The notes under the pieces are model-generated. The model was given only the letters and a program-made list of their open reading frames with translations, was not told the DNA's origin and ran no database searches. This document shows positions 9,758 to 19,648 of a stretch of 64,000 nt of DNA, in pieces. Position 1 is the first letter of the stretch; every line of letters starts with the position of its first letter. The translations under genes were made by a program, and so were the position numbers. The stretch is from Actinomycetota bacterium (GTDB lineage: Bacteria; Actinomycetota; Thermoleophilia; UBA2241), in NCBI GenBank assembly GCA_003132585.1, contig PKYG01000116.1, forward strand, positions 492 to 64,491, given 5' to 3'.

Positions 9758-10771
9758 TCACGTCCCTGCATAGGTGATACGAGGATCCATCAGTGCGTAG
9801 ATGACATCTACTACCAGGTTAGCGAGGCAGTAGGTAATCGCGATGAGCAACGTTACGCCCATGATGGCGGCGTAGTCTTGGTCCCTGATGCCGGTGACCG
9901 CATAGAGACCGATGCCCGGCCACGTGAATACGGACTCCACCAGGAAGGTGCCTGCGAAGAGAGCTCCCACTTGAAGCCCCAAGACGGTCACAGTCGAAGT
10001 GAGTGCGTTCGGCAATGCGTGGCGGCCAACCACACGCAGCTCCGGCATCCCCTTGGCACGGGCCATGCGGATGAAATCCGTCTCCAACGTGTCCTCCATC
10101 GCTCCCCGCGACATTCGAGTGACGATTGCGATACCGCCGGCAGCCAATGTGAAGGCGGGCAGTATCAGGTGTAGCAAAGCATCTCGGAAAACCGTGAACT
10201 GACCTGCCAGGAGGGAGTCAACCACCACCATCCCCGTTATTGTGGGGGGAGATTGGCTCAAGATATCCAGTTGACCTCCGACCGGCAGCACCCCTAGCTT
10301 CGCGAAGAAAACTACCTGCAGAATCATCCCCAGCCAAAACGCAGGCATGGCAGCACCGGCGACAGATATCACTCGAGTCGAGTGGTCGAACCAGCTACGG
10401 TGAAACAGCCCCGAAAGGGCACCAAGTGGCACGCCTATGACCACGGTTAGCACCATGGCCGCGAAGACAAGCTCGGCTGTGGCGGGCGCGAATTGTTTCA
10501 GGTCCTCCGCAACGGGACGTTGAGTCGTCAGGGAGGTTCCGAAGTCGCCGTGAGTCAACCCAGTTACGTAGCGCCAATACTGGACCGGGAGGGGCTTGTT
10601 GAGTCCGTAGCGCCGGGTATAGACGTCAACTTGCGCCTGCGTGGCGTGAAGCCCTGCCATCAGCTTCGCAGGGTTCCCGGGGACGAGATGAGTCAGCAGG
10701 AAGGTAAGGACGCTCATGCCCGCCAACACGATGACCATGAGGACGAGGCGACGCGCTATATAACGCGCCAT
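9758..10771 (-). CDS. Peptide ABC transporter permease (OppB/DppB-like)
   Basis: N-terminus MARYIARRLVLMVIVL and the loop FIRMARAKGMPELRVVGRHALPNAL are typical of DppB/OppB. Confidence 0.9.
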   Translation of the reverse strand: MARYIARRLVLMVIVLAGMSVLTFLLTHLVPGNPAKLMAGLHATQAQVDVYTRRYGLNKPLPVQYWRYVTGLTHGDFGTSLTTQRPVAEDLKQFAPATAELVFAAMVLTVVIGVPLGALSGLFHRSWFDHSTRVISVAGAAMPAFWLGMILQVVFFAKLGVLPVGGQLDILSQSPPTITGMVVVDSLLAGQFTVFRDALLHLILPAFTLAAGGIAIVTRMSRGAMEDTLETDFIRMARAKGMPELRVVGRHALPNALTSTVTVLGLQVGALFAGTFLVESVFTWPGIGLYAVTGIRDQDYAAIMGVTLLIAITYCLANLVVDVIYALMDPRITYAGT

Positions 10772-10815
10772 ACCAAACGACTCCTACCTGAGCAACAAGA
10801 AACCTCTAACCCTCC

Positions 10816-12489
10816 TCAGGCTTTGTACATATCGTAGAAGTTGAAAGTCCCCTCGGACATCCCGTTGAATACAAACCCTTTCACATTCGATCTAAGCGGG
10901 ATGCGTTGATTACGAAACATCACAAACAGGGCGGGGCAGTCTCTGACTAGGATCTCCTGGGCCTGCGCGTAGTACTTGTCCCGAGTCGACTGAACGGGAC
11001 AGGCCGCGGCCTTCGTGAGCAGTGAGTCAAAGGTCTTATTCGTGTAATAAGTACCGTTCGAGCCCGCTGTCCCCTGTGCCGTGCTAGCAAACTGAGAGTA
11101 GAGGTAGTCACCGGCAGTGTTAAGCAGCGGGTAAAACCACCAGGGGTAAGCTGCATCAGCTTTCGCGCGGTCAGAAAGCCAGTTGAGGTTGGCCTCCTGA
11201 TGAATCGAAACGTCGATGCCGAGGTCACGCATGTTCGACTGGAAGAGGGTCGCCATGGTCCCCTTCCACTTGAACTCCGCCTCGTAGGCCAGCTTGAGCG
11301 TCAAGCCACCATTCGGGTACCCCGCCGCGGCTAGCAGCTCTTTCGCTTTCTTTGGATCGTAGCTGTATTGCTGAACGTTAGGGTTGTATCCCGCAAGCCC
11401 CGGCGGAATGGGGCCTCGCGCTTGCACTGCGCCAAGGCCTCCCTGCACGGTGTTGACGTACGTTCCATAGTCAAATCCGTACGCGATGGCCCTTCGCACT
11501 TCTGGATTGGCCGTCGGAGCCTTGTCGCAGTTCAGCATCAGGTAGTACTCGTCAAAGCTGGGAGAGTCTGTGACGCTTATGCCTGGTTTGCTAAGGAGCG
11601 ACTTTATGCCGTCTTCTGACAGATACAGCGCCGCGTCTACCGAGCCTTGCTCCAACTGAAGCTGTTCTGTCTCCACATTGTGGGTGTAGATGACAACCAC
11701 CTTGTCAGCGTGTTGCCCGTTCCAGCCCCTCCAGTACGTCGGGTTCTTTGTGAAGACCGCCTTGCTCCCCTGGGTGTAGGACTCCAGCATGTACGGTCCA
11801 CTGCCGACCATGTTGTGACGAAGCCAGCTCTGGGCCCAATCACTCCCTTTGTGATCAGTGATGGCCTTCGGGGAAATCATCATAACGGTGATTTCGCCCG
11901 CAAACGCCGACAAGAACCCGTCATAGGAATCACTTAGGCTGAGGACGACCGTCATGTCGTCCGGGGTTTCTATCTTCTTCAGATTACCAAGGGCATAAGA
12001 CACACCTATCTTCGTACCAATCTGCCGCTCGATGTTGAGCTTGACTGCGGCCGCGTCCAAAACCTCACCGTCTATGAACTTGATGTTCGGATGGATTCGG
12101 AAGGTGTACGTGAGGCCGTCTTCGGAGACCTCGAAGTCGGCCAATTGGGGAATGACCTTCGCGCTAGTACCTTCGTATCGCAGAAGCGACTCGTAGGCCG
12201 CCATCCAAAGACATGGCGATATCCCATCGTAGGAGGCTCCTGGATCAAGCGTCAATGCGTCAGCTCCGGATGCGATGACCAGTGTTTGGGTGGCAGAGCC
12301 CGCTGCCGAGGAGTTCGTCTTGGTCGAACTGCCGCAAGCTGCAAAGAGAGTCGAGGCAAGGGGAAGTGCAATCCCGAGGCCTGCGGCCCGCTGTAAGAAC
12401 GCCTTTCGCGTGATCAGACGGCCTGTTTCGAGCTCTTCGCCAAGACTCCTGATCAGCGCGGCTACCGGTGTCAACTCCTCACTTGCCAT
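10816..12489 (-). CDS. ABC transporter substrate-binding protein, family 5 (peptide/nickel type), lipoprotein
   Basis: The leader TRKAFLQRAAGLGIALPLASTLFAACGSS looks like a Tat-type signal plus lipobox, and the size is right for a family-5 SBP. ATG 12489 has GGGGGTGG upstream; the longest ORF starts at 12549. Confidence 0.85.
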   Translation of the reverse strand: MASEELTPVAALIRSLGEELETGRLITRKAFLQRAAGLGIALPLASTLFAACGSSTKTNSSAAGSATQTLVIASGADALTLDPGASYDGISPCLWMAAYESLLRYEGTSAKVIPQLADFEVSEDGLTYTFRIHPNIKFIDGEVLDAAAVKLNIERQIGTKIGVSYALGNLKKIETPDDMTVVLSLSDSYDGFLSAFAGEITVMMISPKAITDHKGSDWAQSWLRHNMVGSGPYMLESYTQGSKAVFTKNPTYWRGWNGQHADKVVVIYTHNVETEQLQLEQGSVDAALYLSEDGIKSLLSKPGISVTDSPSFDEYYLMLNCDKAPTANPEVRRAIAYGFDYGTYVNTVQGGLGAVQARGPIPPGLAGYNPNVQQYSYDPKKAKELLAAAGYPNGGLTLKLAYEAEFKWKGTMATLFQSNMRDLGIDVSIHQEANLNWLSDRAKADAAYPWWFYPLLNTAGDYLYSQFASTAQGTAGSNGTYYTNKTFDSLLTKAAACPVQSTRDKYYAQAQEILVRDCPALFVMFRNQRIPLRSNVKGFVFNGMSEGTFNFYDMYKA

Positions 12490-13424
12490 TACCCGCCACC
12501 CCCATTCCTTCTCAAGGCATCCAAGATCGTCCGTCGTCGACAAAGCCATGCTCTACTGCGCTCTAATAGGCCTCCGAATCACCCCTCCGAAGTAATGCCA
12601 TCGACAGGCGCCCCGCTTGACTTCTCAGGACAGGAATCGATTCGGCAGCTGCTTCCAAAGTCAAACGGATTGCCGGCCCCGCAACGCGAAATAGCACCAG
12701 CCGCTCCCCCCTGGCAGCAGCGCGCCAATTCCGCGTCCGCCTGCTGTGTTACCGGTAGCATGCCGATACAAAAGCACTTTTACTGCCGGGCGTCAAGCGT
12801 TGAGCCGAGCTCTTGAATTCCTGGTGGGCCAGCCTCTTCGCCATTACTGACCGTACGCTGGTGGACCGTAACGACAATGCTCGTGGCGCCCGCGGCTCTC
12901 GGCTGTCAGTCAGAATGTGGAGCGCCTCATTACCCAGGAGTTGGATTTGGACTTGCCCCGCTTCCGTGGACGGTTTTCGGCTAGCAATGCTAGCCCCTCA
13001 TGAGGTCGCTGCGGCGGCGACCAGCTCGTTGTCCATGGAGCTCCTTTGGCCCAGAGGTCGTGGTCCGCGAGCGGGTCTTCTGTGGTGGACGTGCTGGAGG
13101 TTCCCGTGACGTGTCCGATGACGCAAAAGCGGCCGTTTCCACGCACTTCGACCAGCGCGCCGACGTGATGCCGCCGCACGATATGGATACTGCGAGCGCA
13201 AACGGAGGCTGCCGGAGCGAATCTTGGCTTCACACAGTCGCATGCGACCCCTCTCGTCGCGACGGGGACTGAAGCCGACATCCTGCCGACGTCTGCCCGA
13301 CTTCGGCGTCCAGATTGTGCCTCTACTTGGTCGCAGTGCTGCTGGGCCTTTTCTGAGCAAATCGTGCGCGGGCTGTGACGTACTCAGCCACCTGCGGTCT
13401 CGCGTGCGGGAAGGGCGCGATTCG

Positions 13425-13868
13425 CTACTGATCGTAGCGCCAGAGGCCGTCCTCCTTGACCCACGGCTGACCCGTTTGATCGATGGCATGTTCTGAGTAG
13501 CTGTAGGTAACGCGCGCCATGCCGCCCGCGATCTGGTCAACGTTCACGTTCAAGAGCTTCGCGTCGCCGTACATCTGCTGAGCAGCCTCAACGCCAGAGC
13601 GAAACTCAGCGAAGGGGGTCAGACTCTTGGAGTGGGCCGACAGCATGCTGTAGGCGTCCTTCGCGTCGCCGCCGAGGAAGGCCGCCGAGTAGGCCTTCAC
13701 GGCCGCGACAAGGGCTACCTTGTCGCTTGCCTGGGACGGCGATGCGGAGGGGCTCGGCTGCGGCGGGAGGTGCGTCGGCAATGCGGACGACGTTCCGTGC
13801 GAGGAGCCGCAACCGGCCGAGGCGAGGAGCAGCAGCGTGACCGCCGTGATCGCTGCGCGAGAGGTCAT
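13425..13868 (-). CDS. Small secreted lipoprotein, function unknown
   Basis: The internal ATG at 13868 gives MTSRAAITAVTLLLLASAGCGSS (signal plus lipobox). The remainder is a compact alpha+beta-looking domain. The ORF-track start at 14012 adds a non-signal extension. Confidence 0.6.
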   Translation of the reverse strand: MTSRAAITAVTLLLLASAGCGSSHGTSSALPTHLPPQPSPSASPSQASDKVALVAAVKAYSAAFLGGDAKDAYSMLSAHSKSLTPFAEFRSGVEAAQQMYGDAKLLNVNVDQIAGGMARVTYSYSEHAIDQTGQPWVKEDGLWRYDQ

Positions 13869-14126
13869 TCGGTCCCCCTTCGAGATAGTCACCCGCACGA
13901 GAGTACGACGCCGATAGAGCTGGGGCAACGTCAATCCTCTGGGGGGAGGACTCTGTGACGATCGTGATGCACGCACGCAAAGCGTCGGTCTACATCCATG
14001 AGCATGGGGCATTCGGCTGAGCCCCGCGACTCTGCTCCGTTGGGCGCAGGGCGACCACCTGGTGACCTGGTGACCTGACCCCCCTCTCCAGAGTTGGAGT
14101 CTCCAGAGTGCCCGGGGCGGTTCAGA

Positions 14127-14966
14127 TCAAAGTCCATGACAATGCTTGTACTTCTCTCCGCTCCCGCACGGACAAGGTGCGTTGCGGGCCTCGCCCTCGA
14201 GATTGGCCTCATTGTCCAGTCGCTCTCGAGGCAACGAAGTGAGGGGCGGCCTCGCACCTTTCACCTCGATGTCGAGCGAGCCGCCTTTAGTCTCGATGAG
14301 GTGCGATGCGTAGAGGGCTGCCGCTTCCGATGTCGGGTACGCCTGCGGTGCCTGACACGCCAACGTCACGAGCAGCTCGTGAGCGACCTGTCGCACGCAC
14401 GCAAGTTCCAAACCGGGCATTTCCTCGGGGCCGTGTCCGGTGTCCATGAGCCAGCCGATGGAGCTGCCTCTTGTGAGCTGCCAGTATGCCTCGCGCAGGT
14501 CTTGGTCGACGTGTGCGCCCCCATCCTGATCCGCAACGCCAAGGACGATGGCCTTGCGAGAGAAGAACACGCCATGGTTGTCCTTGATCACAGGCCGGGT
14601 CCACCAGGAATGGAACGGCCTGACCGAACAGTCCTTGTCATTAGGACCGGGGTCCAAGTCGGGTGTCCAGAAAGCCTGGGGGCCACTGGTGCCCATACTG
14701 AGAACGAATCCGGCGAGGTTGAGCGCGGACGCAAGCCTTGGATCGGTAACAGACTTCGCGGTGTCGTAGAAGAGAATCCTGTTCTTGATGGCCAGCTGCG
14801 AGAGGAGCGAGCGGCTGTGACGGGTGTCATGCACAAGCAGTCGGATTGCGGCCGCCATGCGTTTTGCCTCAGATTGACGGCCCTTATGGAACGCATCCAC
14901 GGAGGCGAGGATGAATCCAACCTGCTCACGCAGGTGTTCTCTCAGCTCCGCGTCACTCTGCTTCAT
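14127..14966 (-). CDS. Hypothetical protein with C-terminal SEC-C metal-binding motif
   Basis: 279-aa ORF ending in APCPCGSGEKYKHCHGL, a classic SEC-C CxC...C(H/C) motif. The N-terminal 250 aa match no family I recognise. Confidence 0.7.
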   Translation of the reverse strand: MKQSDAELREHLREQVGFILASVDAFHKGRQSEAKRMAAAIRLLVHDTRHSRSLLSQLAIKNRILFYDTAKSVTDPRLASALNLAGFVLSMGTSGPQAFWTPDLDPGPNDKDCSVRPFHSWWTRPVIKDNHGVFFSRKAIVLGVADQDGGAHVDQDLREAYWQLTRGSSIGWLMDTGHGPEEMPGLELACVRQVAHELLVTLACQAPQAYPTSEAAALYASHLIETKGGSLDIEVKGARPPLTSLPRERLDNEANLEGEARNAPCPCGSGEKYKHCHGL

Positions 14967-15084
14967 GAGGCTGAAAGAGACGACTCAACGCGAAACCCCG
15001 ATCCCAGTTCGTCGATGGACGTGCGAGATAGGGCGGCGTAGCGCTCGTCTGGCCCAAGCTTGAAGCGAATGCGATGGCTCGCCT

Positions 15085-18000
15085 CTACGTCGATCCCGGC
15101 CATGCGTACGTGTCCGCTTTGACGTGCTCGTAGTTTGCGTCGAGCGCTGGTTCCAGCAGCAGGATGGCGGCGATGCGGCGGGCCATCTCGGTGACGTAGC
15201 GCGCCTCGTCGACGGTGAGATCGCGCCCCAGCAGCGGGCGCTCGCGGTAGGAGAGCCACTTCTTCATCACCTGATAGCCGCCGATCGTGTAGGTCCAGAC
15301 ACGCTTGGGCACGCAGCGCCAGTAGGCACGCTCGTTGAGGAAGACGTCGACGCAGGTGCCGCCCAGACAGGCCGTGAGCTGTTCCTGGGCGAGCCCAAGC
15401 CCCGCCAACCCCTCGCGGAAGGCGGCGAGCTCCTCGTCAGTGTAGGCGCGCTCGACCACCCGCCCGCGCCCGGGCATGGTCACGCCGCCCTGGCCCGCGT
15501 GTCCCCATCCGGCGGTGACGGCGAGGTCGCCGGCGCCGGGATCGATCTGACCGCCGTCGGCCTTGGCGATGGACCCGATGGGACGCAGTTCGAAGCGGAT
15601 CTGACCGGAGCTGACGCCGTCGACGAGCGACTCGACATCGAGGAGGGCAGCGACACGACGGCCGAGGTCGGCGGAGGCGAGGAGGGCGTCGGCGGTGGCG
15701 GGAAGGGGAATGCGGGGCCAGTCTTGGCGGAGGGCACCCGAGTTGTCCTTCACGTAGGAAGCCGAGTAGCCAATGGCGAGTGCATGCGTGAGTAAGGGGG
15801 AGGCTGCCTCTTGTCCTGACTCGGACACCTCGAGACCAAGTTGGCCTAGGTACTCCAGCGACGGCAGGGACAAGTTGGCGACTCTCTCGCCTCCATGTGT
15901 CTCGAGATCGAGTGCCGTCTGGTCACCGCTTCTGGGGGCCTCCGATGCAAACCACTCTGGGAAGAAGTACACATCGGTCTGGAGCGCGTGCTGATCGGAG
16001 AGGCGCGAGCCGTAGAGGAAGACCGCCCCATCAGGAGTCTTCGGTGCCTTGCAGCGCGCCATCAAGAAGCTGTTGCCGTTGTGCAAGGCATCAAGGAGGT
16101 CGGGGCGGACTCGGTTCCACAGTCCCGCCTTCCGTTCAACGTAGCCCCACCTCATGTCGAACGGCTTGAACCAGAGACGCTTGATGGCCTCAGCGTCGAA
16201 CGAACTCTCCTTCAGAAGACGGGCTCGAACGGCCTTGGCGTCGAAGAAGGCCGCGTCTGTCGCCAGACCAGGATGTAGTGCGGCCAATGCGTCGAAAGAG
16301 ACTGACTCATCGAAATAGTGGCGGAAGCGATCTTCCAGGGTCGCGCCGTCGGTGGCGAGAAGTGCTTGGCCTCGGTTCTCGTTCAGGCCAAGGGATGCGG
16401 GGGCGCGGACAATGTCGGGAAGACGAGGCCAGCTGCCAAAGTCGGGGTGCGCGGTCGCAGGTCGGAACGAATAGCGCTGCTCTCGGATCGGCTCCAGCAT
16501 CTGATAGGCATCGCCTTCGCGCTGGGAAGAGAGGCTGTCGAGCAGCCGTTGACGCTTGGTCGCTCCCCAGAACTCACGGAAGAGAACCTGTGGCTTGGCA
16601 ATCGAGCTCTCGCTGCGGTGGCGAACCATGAGTCCGATTGCCGTACCGACGCGAATACCCTCTCGGTTCTTCTGTGTGGAGAAGACACTCGGATCTGGCT
16701 CGCCCGTCGGCGTCAGTTTGCCCGTCTCGCGACTGTCGCCATTCAGGCAATCGAACCAGAGCTTGTCGAAGCCGGTCAGGAGTCGTTCACGGACTGTAAC
16801 GTAGGAGGGATGTCCGAGGTAGGAGAAGTTCGAGATGAAGCAAACGACGCCCTTCGATGCATGATCGACGATGCGACGTTCCGCAATCCGGAGGAACCGG
16901 ACGTACAGGTCATCAAGGTAGTTCTTGGTGATTCCCCAATCGCGGAGCCCGGCTTTATAGGGGGTCAGTAGATCGCCCTCCTCCTCGGTGCTCACCCCCG
17001 CGAACCCGTTGTACGGCGGGTTGCCCAGAATCACCAGAATCGGCGCGTGCTGCTTGACCGCCTGGGCCTTGTCGCGCTCCTCCTCCATCTCGGTGAAGAG
17101 CAGGTGCTGCTTGGGCGCGGTGGGCGGGTCCCAGCCGGTGAGGGCGTTGGTGAGATAGACACTCGCGCGCTCGTCTGTCCCGTCGGTAAAGGGGGCGCCC
17201 AGGCGATGCAGCAGCATGCCGATCTGCAGGTGGCTGACCACGAACGGGGCGGGCAGGATCTCAAAGCCGTAGATGCGGCTCATGGCCGCTTGTTTGAGGT
17301 CGTGAGCGATGAGCGCATCGTCGCCCTTCTCACGCAGTGTCTCGGCGATCTTGCCGAGGACTTCGACCAGGTAGGCGCCGGTGCCGCAGCAGGGGTCGAG
17401 CACGACCACGCTGGGGTCGGCCAGACCGTCGGCGACGCCGAGTTCGCTGCGCAGCACCTGATCGACGCGCGCGACCATGTACTGGACGATCTCCGGCGGC
17501 GTGTACCAGACTCCAAGCTCCTTGCGCAGTTCCGGGTCGAACGCCTCGAGGAAGGGCTCGTAGAAGTACTGCACCGCGTGGTTTAGCTCGAAGGTGGCGA
17601 AGAAGCTCGCACGGTCGACGCGGTTGAGCGCCTCGGCGGCCCAGTCGAGCACCTCGTCGATGCGCAGGGCACCGAGCGGTCCCGGCTGTGAGAAGTCGTA
17701 GAAGAGCTTCTGCAGGATGGGGATGTGCAGGTACTGGGCGGCCGAGCGCCAGTCGAAGCGCGCTCGCACGTCTGTGAGTTCGTGATGCTCGGCCCAGAAG
17801 ACCCAAGCGGCGAAGAGGCCGTAGAAGAGCGTCTGCACCAAGGTCGAGCGGAAGAAGTGCTCGCCCTTCTCACCGGAGAAGCTCATGCCCAGCGCCTCTT
17901 CAAGCCCGACGCGAGTGTTGTTCCAGTTGGGCAGGTCGCGCTCTTCGGCGCGGGCGCGCGCCTCGCGGGCATAGGAAGCCAAGAACCAGGCGAGCTCCTG

Positions 18001-18549
18001 CGGCGAGACGATCTGGCTTTGGCGCAAAAGGGCGCGCTTGAGGAACTCGCTGAGGCGCTCGCCGTGGGCCGCCGCGCTCTTGCGCGGCGTTGAAGCGAGC
18101 ACCCAGAACCCCACCTCGGTCTCGGCGAGCGAGAAGCGCTCGAGCGCCGTGCGCTCGCCCTCGGCGTCGTAGCCGACGAGCACGAACTCTCGATAGGTGG
18201 TGACCAGCACCTGGCGGTAGTGCTCTAAGTACTTGCGCACTTGCTCGCTCTCGGCCACCGCGGCGGCCGAGTCGCTTGCCGGCTTGACCTCGATCGCTCC
18301 CCGCGCCGGGAGCTGTCCAGGTAGTGGCGCGCCGCTTTGCTTTTCGAACTGGTTGGCGACATAGAGCCCGCCGTCGGGAATGCCCGCTCCCTGATTGGCC
18401 GGGTTGATCACGCAGCGCACGTGCGGCTTGAGCTTGTGGCCGACCTCGTTGAGGAGGCTCTGCAGGGCGCCATAGCCCGACGTCTCCGGCACCGCTCCGG
18501 CGGTGCGGTTGGCGCTCAGCTCGGCGAAGTAGGTTTCGAGGGCGTCCAC
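15085..18549 (-). CDS. Large N6-adenine DNA methyltransferase, probable single-chain type IIG/ISP-like restriction-modification enzyme
   Basis: 1154 aa with a GTG start preceded by AGGAAGG. Motif I VLDPCCGTGAYLVEV precedes motif IV ILGNPPYNGFAG (gamma order). WYTPPEIVQYMV is present. The N-terminus has IPDGGLY...(27 aa)...AIEVKP, a PD-ExK-like pattern. The C-terminus has YTIGGYQVMKKWLSYRE, which I associate with type ISP-like specificity/C-terminal domains. Confidence 0.85.
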   Translation of the reverse strand: MDALETYFAELSANRTAGAVPETSGYGALQSLLNEVGHKLKPHVRCVINPANQGAGIPDGGLYVANQFEKQSGAPLPGQLPARGAIEVKPASDSAAAVAESEQVRKYLEHYRQVLVTTYREFVLVGYDAEGERTALERFSLAETEVGFWVLASTPRKSAAAHGERLSEFLKRALLRQSQIVSPQELAWFLASYAREARARAEERDLPNWNNTRVGLEEALGMSFSGEKGEHFFRSTLVQTLFYGLFAAWVFWAEHHELTDVRARFDWRSAAQYLHIPILQKLFYDFSQPGPLGALRIDEVLDWAAEALNRVDRASFFATFELNHAVQYFYEPFLEAFDPELRKELGVWYTPPEIVQYMVARVDQVLRSELGVADGLADPSVVVLDPCCGTGAYLVEVLGKIAETLREKGDDALIAHDLKQAAMSRIYGFEILPAPFVVSHLQIGMLLHRLGAPFTDGTDERASVYLTNALTGWDPPTAPKQHLLFTEMEEERDKAQAVKQHAPILVILGNPPYNGFAGVSTEEEGDLLTPYKAGLRDWGITKNYLDDLYVRFLRIAERRIVDHASKGVVCFISNFSYLGHPSYVTVRERLLTGFDKLWFDCLNGDSRETGKLTPTGEPDPSVFSTQKNREGIRVGTAIGLMVRHRSESSIAKPQVLFREFWGATKRQRLLDSLSSQREGDAYQMLEPIREQRYSFRPATAHPDFGSWPRLPDIVRAPASLGLNENRGQALLATDGATLEDRFRHYFDESVSFDALAALHPGLATDAAFFDAKAVRARLLKESSFDAEAIKRLWFKPFDMRWGYVERKAGLWNRVRPDLLDALHNGNSFLMARCKAPKTPDGAVFLYGSRLSDQHALQTDVYFFPEWFASEAPRSGDQTALDLETHGGERVANLSLPSLEYLGQLGLEVSESGQEAASPLLTHALAIGYSASYVKDNSGALRQDWPRIPLPATADALLASADLGRRVAALLDVESLVDGVSSGQIRFELRPIGSIAKADGGQIDPGAGDLAVTAGWGHAGQGGVTMPGRGRVVERAYTDEELAAFREGLAGLGLAQEQLTACLGGTCVDVFLNERAYWRCVPKRVWTYTIGGYQVMKKWLSYRERPLLGRDLTVDEARYVTEMARRIAAILLLEPALDANYEHVKADTYAWPGST

Positions 18550-18788
18550 GGCCTTCCTATTCTAGTCACATAGGGGGACGCCTCTGCCAGGGGCACACGA
18601 TGGCACAGGTCTCCACGTCCTGTCGGCGCGCTCAAAACCGCGCTGTGCAGCAACCTTGCTCAAGCTGCCGACGAGCAGCCGACGCAACCAGGCAGCAGGT
18701 GGGGCTCCAGTCAGCGAACCAGCAGATTGCGTCGGGCACCACGAGTCTGGAACCAGCACGGAAGGCCGGGCATCCCGCTCACTCGGAC

Positions 18789-19559
18789 CTAGCTGTGCGG
18801 CCGTATGCGCACCACATAGTAGTCACGCATGCCCGTAGCTAGGGGGAAGAGCGAACCTGGTGGGATATCTTCGATCTCGAAGTGCGGCATCGGCTCGCTC
18901 GTGCATTCCAGCCTCTCGAACGGCGATGACGACTCGAAGATTCTCGGCCGAAGGTGCCTGACCTGTTTGTCATCCACGAACGCCAGGCCCTGGAAGGCGT
19001 CCATGACGGAATTCGAGAACCGGTCGGCATCCGGCAAGCTCACGGGCTCACTTGAGAAGACGTCAATCATCATTTCCACGGGGCCTTGCATGGGGCGCCC
19101 CAAGGCATCTTCGATTGTCTCTCGCTGTCTCAGGACCTCCTCCCGAAGTCTTGCCTTTCCACCCTTGCTTCTGACGGACCTTGGCGCCCCCTCTAGGACG
19201 AATGCGATGTGCCCCCTGGTGACGTCGAGGTACGGGTACGTCACACTCGACTGAGCCAAGGACGACACCCACTCCCGAATCTGGTCACATTCGTATTCCT
19301 GCAGAATGGTAGCTCCTTTGACATTGCGGATGCCTTGTACGTTGTCCCAGGGGTAGAAGCGCAGTTCCCCCGCCTCGACCCAGTCGCCATCGCTCTGGCG
19401 GAGGTCGGTGATCAGCAAGGCGTCGAGAGTGAACCGTATTCCATCGCGATGGAGCCAGATCAGCTCCTTGCAGAAGTCCGCGTACGTGATCTCGGACTCA
19501 AGGGAGACGCCGAAGGCATCGAACAGCTCAGACCCGCAATGAAACAGCACCTCGTTCAC
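18789..19559 (-). CDS. Two-domain protein: unknown N-terminal domain + RusA-like (Holliday-junction resolvase fold) C-terminal domain
   Basis: PVEMMIDVFSSEPVSLPDADRFSNSVMDAFQGLAFVDDKQV lines up by eye with E. coli RusA [41 protein letters not shown]. GTG 19559 has GGGGGTGG upstream; the longest ORF starts with TTG at 19580. Confidence 0.6.
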   Translation of the reverse strand: MNEVLFHCGSELFDAFGVSLESEITYADFCKELIWLHRDGIRFTLDALLITDLRQSDGDWVEAGELRFYPWDNVQGIRNVKGATILQEYECDQIREWVSSLAQSSVTYPYLDVTRGHIAFVLEGAPRSVRSKGGKARLREEVLRQRETIEDALGRPMQGPVEMMIDVFSSEPVSLPDADRFSNSVMDAFQGLAFVDDKQVRHLRPRIFESSSPFERLECTSEPMPHFEIEDIPPGSLFPLATGMRDYYVVRIRPHS

Positions 19560-19648
19560 CCTGCCACCCCCGGCGCCCAACGTCCGGCGCGTGAGCTGCG
19601 AGCGAAGCGAGTCTGCTCGACGCGCCTGTTCTGTGCCACGATCGAGCC

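Noticed and set aside
12550-13424. Candidate genes in the gap between the SBP gene and the lipoprotein gene (for example minus ORF 12910-13281, 123 aa; 12998-13540, 180 aa)
   Set aside because: There are no recognisable motifs, mutually overlapping frames and Arg/Ser-rich translations. I cannot support a call. The region may hold the true left boundary of the accessory DNA.
18553-18566. CTAGTCAC shared between the methyltransferase upstream region (18562-18569), the IS110 left flank (20963-20970) and 7436-7443, considered as possible IS target motif copies
   Set aside because: It is an 8-mer only, expected by chance several times in 64 kb. No further flank similarity was seen.
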